Below the pieces are notes generated by a model. That model did no database searches. It saw nothing but the letters and a program-made list of their open reading frames with translations, and was not told where the DNA came from. This document shows positions 54,320 through 55,048 of a stretch of DNA of 55,048 bases, piece after piece; within the stretch, counting starts at the first letter, position 1, and every line of letters starts with the position of its first letter. The stretch lies in the IMG/VR virus record IMGVR_UViG_3300022074_000050, positions 1 through 55,048 of that record, one strand, 5' to 3'. A program made the translations under genes and the position numbers. Origin of the DNA: a virus. Its lineage: Duplodnaviria; Caudoviricetes.

Positions 54320-54465
54320 TACGATTTCTATTACTTTCTCGTCACACTCATCACGGCCCCCAGCTCTCGTATCCATTGGCTTCTTTCACTTTTCTATTAC
54401 TTCTATTACTTTATTAGTCGTTTTAGTTGAAAAAAATAAAAAAAGTTTTTTTTCTAAATAGACAA
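54320..54465 (-). repeat. AT-rich element B with (G)TAATAGA repeats; inverted homologue of 14760-14910
   Basis: Core 54389-54423; extra unit 54327-54337; A/T tracts 54430-54453. Confidence 0.85.
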
Positions 54466-54499
54466 TATACGCAATATCGCGGGTCGTTCTAATAGGCAC

Positions 54500-54523
54500 A
54501 AAAAAGCCCGCTCGAGGCGGGCT
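54500..54523 (-). terminator. Rho-independent terminator closing the early block
   Basis: AGCCCGC-CTCGA-GCGGGCT followed by a T-run on the minus strand. Confidence 0.88.
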
Positions 54524-54542
54524 AATCACGATCCGTGGTAAC

Positions 54543-54890
54543 TTAGTAGTGGTCTAAGTCTGTTTCGCGGATTATCCAATCTTCTTTAGTTATGTGACTA
54601 AACGGGTTTTCCCAATCGTCTCGATCCGTATCTCCGTTTTCGTCATTCCTTAGTAACCAAAACCAGTAGCAGTATCCGTCCTTATCGGCCCACTTGCTGT
54701 CTTCTTTCGGATAAATCGGGCCAGTCCGTATAAGCACCGCTGGTTCGAAGTATTCGATTTTGACGTGGTTTTGTAGCCACTGCGGAAATGTCTCGAGCTT
54801 ATCGACTCGGTGTTCATAAAAGCTACCTTCTAGTTCTCGGTATAACTTTCCCCAATCGACGTTTTGTATTGTTTCTGTGAGTGTTTCCAC
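54543..54890 (-). CDS. Hypothetical early protein (Trp/Asp-rich)
   Basis: Start moved to GTG 54890 after TAGAAAGGAG; the longer ORF call would run through the promoter. Confidence 0.75.
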   Translation of the reverse strand: METLTETIQNVDWGKLYRELEGSFYEHRVDKLETFPQWLQNHVKIEYFEPAVLIRTGPIYPKEDSKWADKDGYCYWFWLLRNDENGDTDRDDWENPFSHITKEDWIIRETDLDHY

Positions 54891-54947
54891 ACCTTTCTCC
54901 TTTCTATCGTTTAGTAATCCCGCGCGGCGTATACCGCGCGTATATAT

Positions 54948-54976
54948 AAGGTACTTACGAGTACCCCGATAGTAAA
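54948..54976 (-). promoter_or_regulatory. Early promoter copy 6 (TTTACT-N17-TACCTT)
   Basis: Shared motif, followed by a CGCGCGG/CCGCGCG leader hairpin. Confidence 0.7.
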
Positions 54977-54979
54977 GCA

Positions 54980-55048
54980 CTAAACGACTAAGGCTTCAAT
55001 CGTACCGTCGCTATCGTGGTGGTAGCGGTCAACGAGTCGGGCGTATTC
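54980..55048 (-). CDS. 3' fragment of a gene truncated by the window end
   Basis: Open frame EYARLVDRYHHDSDGTIEALVV* ending in TAG just before promoter 6, the same layout as at 63 and 3172. Confidence 0.55.
   Translation of the reverse strand, partial: EYARLVDRYHHDSDGTIEALVV

Larger units (their letters stand above)
1..55048. mobile_element. Near-complete tailed dsDNA phage genome (podovirus-like)
   Basis: TerS, TerL, portal, scaffold, major capsid, tail fibre, lysozyme/holin, PolA, primase and helicases are all present; no host housekeeping genes. Confidence 0.97.

Noticed and set aside
54891-54980. N-terminal extension of the 54543..54980 ORF
   Set aside because: It overlaps promoter 6 and its leader hairpin; a strong RBS supports GTG at 54890
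1-55048. Prophage/lysogeny module, tRNAs, introns or inteins, alternative genetic code
   Set aside because: No integrase or host flanks; no cloverleaf noticed; PolA, TerL and helicases are of normal uninterrupted length; genes tile densely in the standard code. tRNAscan was not run

Overview
The window is an almost complete ~55 kb genome of a tailed dsDNA bacteriophage with podovirus-like architecture: no tape measure or sheath gene is evident, and there are large internal/ejection-type proteins. Its gene families resemble those of uncultured aquatic phages (inference). Every confident gene is on the minus strand except one SNF2 helicase. Positions 1-14.7 kb hold early and replication genes (AEP primase, UvrD-like helicase, family-A DNA polymerase with Leu762, VRR-NUC nuclease, DUF932). 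These are driven by five of six copies of a TTTACT-N17/18-TAnnnT promoter; the sixth is at 54.9 kb. Inside this block is a translationally coupled operon that looks like a thymidine-hypermodification pathway of unusual make-up: DenV-like glycosylase, small-molecule-type SAM methyltransferase, aGPT-PPlase-like DNA transferase, dUMP hydroxymethylase-like thymidylate synthase and an Nmad1/DUF1599-like helical protein, with no recognisable 5-hmdU DNA kinase. Positions 16.4-54.2 kb hold virion, lysis and packaging genes. Notable non-coding features are two inverted homologous AT-rich iteron-like elements 40 kb apart, a kissing-loop RNA candidate after the capsid gene, and a palindrome/G-tract/GATC-rich zone near terS that probably contains the genome end. 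A short [M/F/K]xxGGx[V/I] motif recurs across many unrelated late proteins. The window ends look nearly joinable, with a gap of unknown size. No integrase, RNA polymerase, tRNA or CRISPR array was seen. All family calls are from motif recognition by eye, without database searches.
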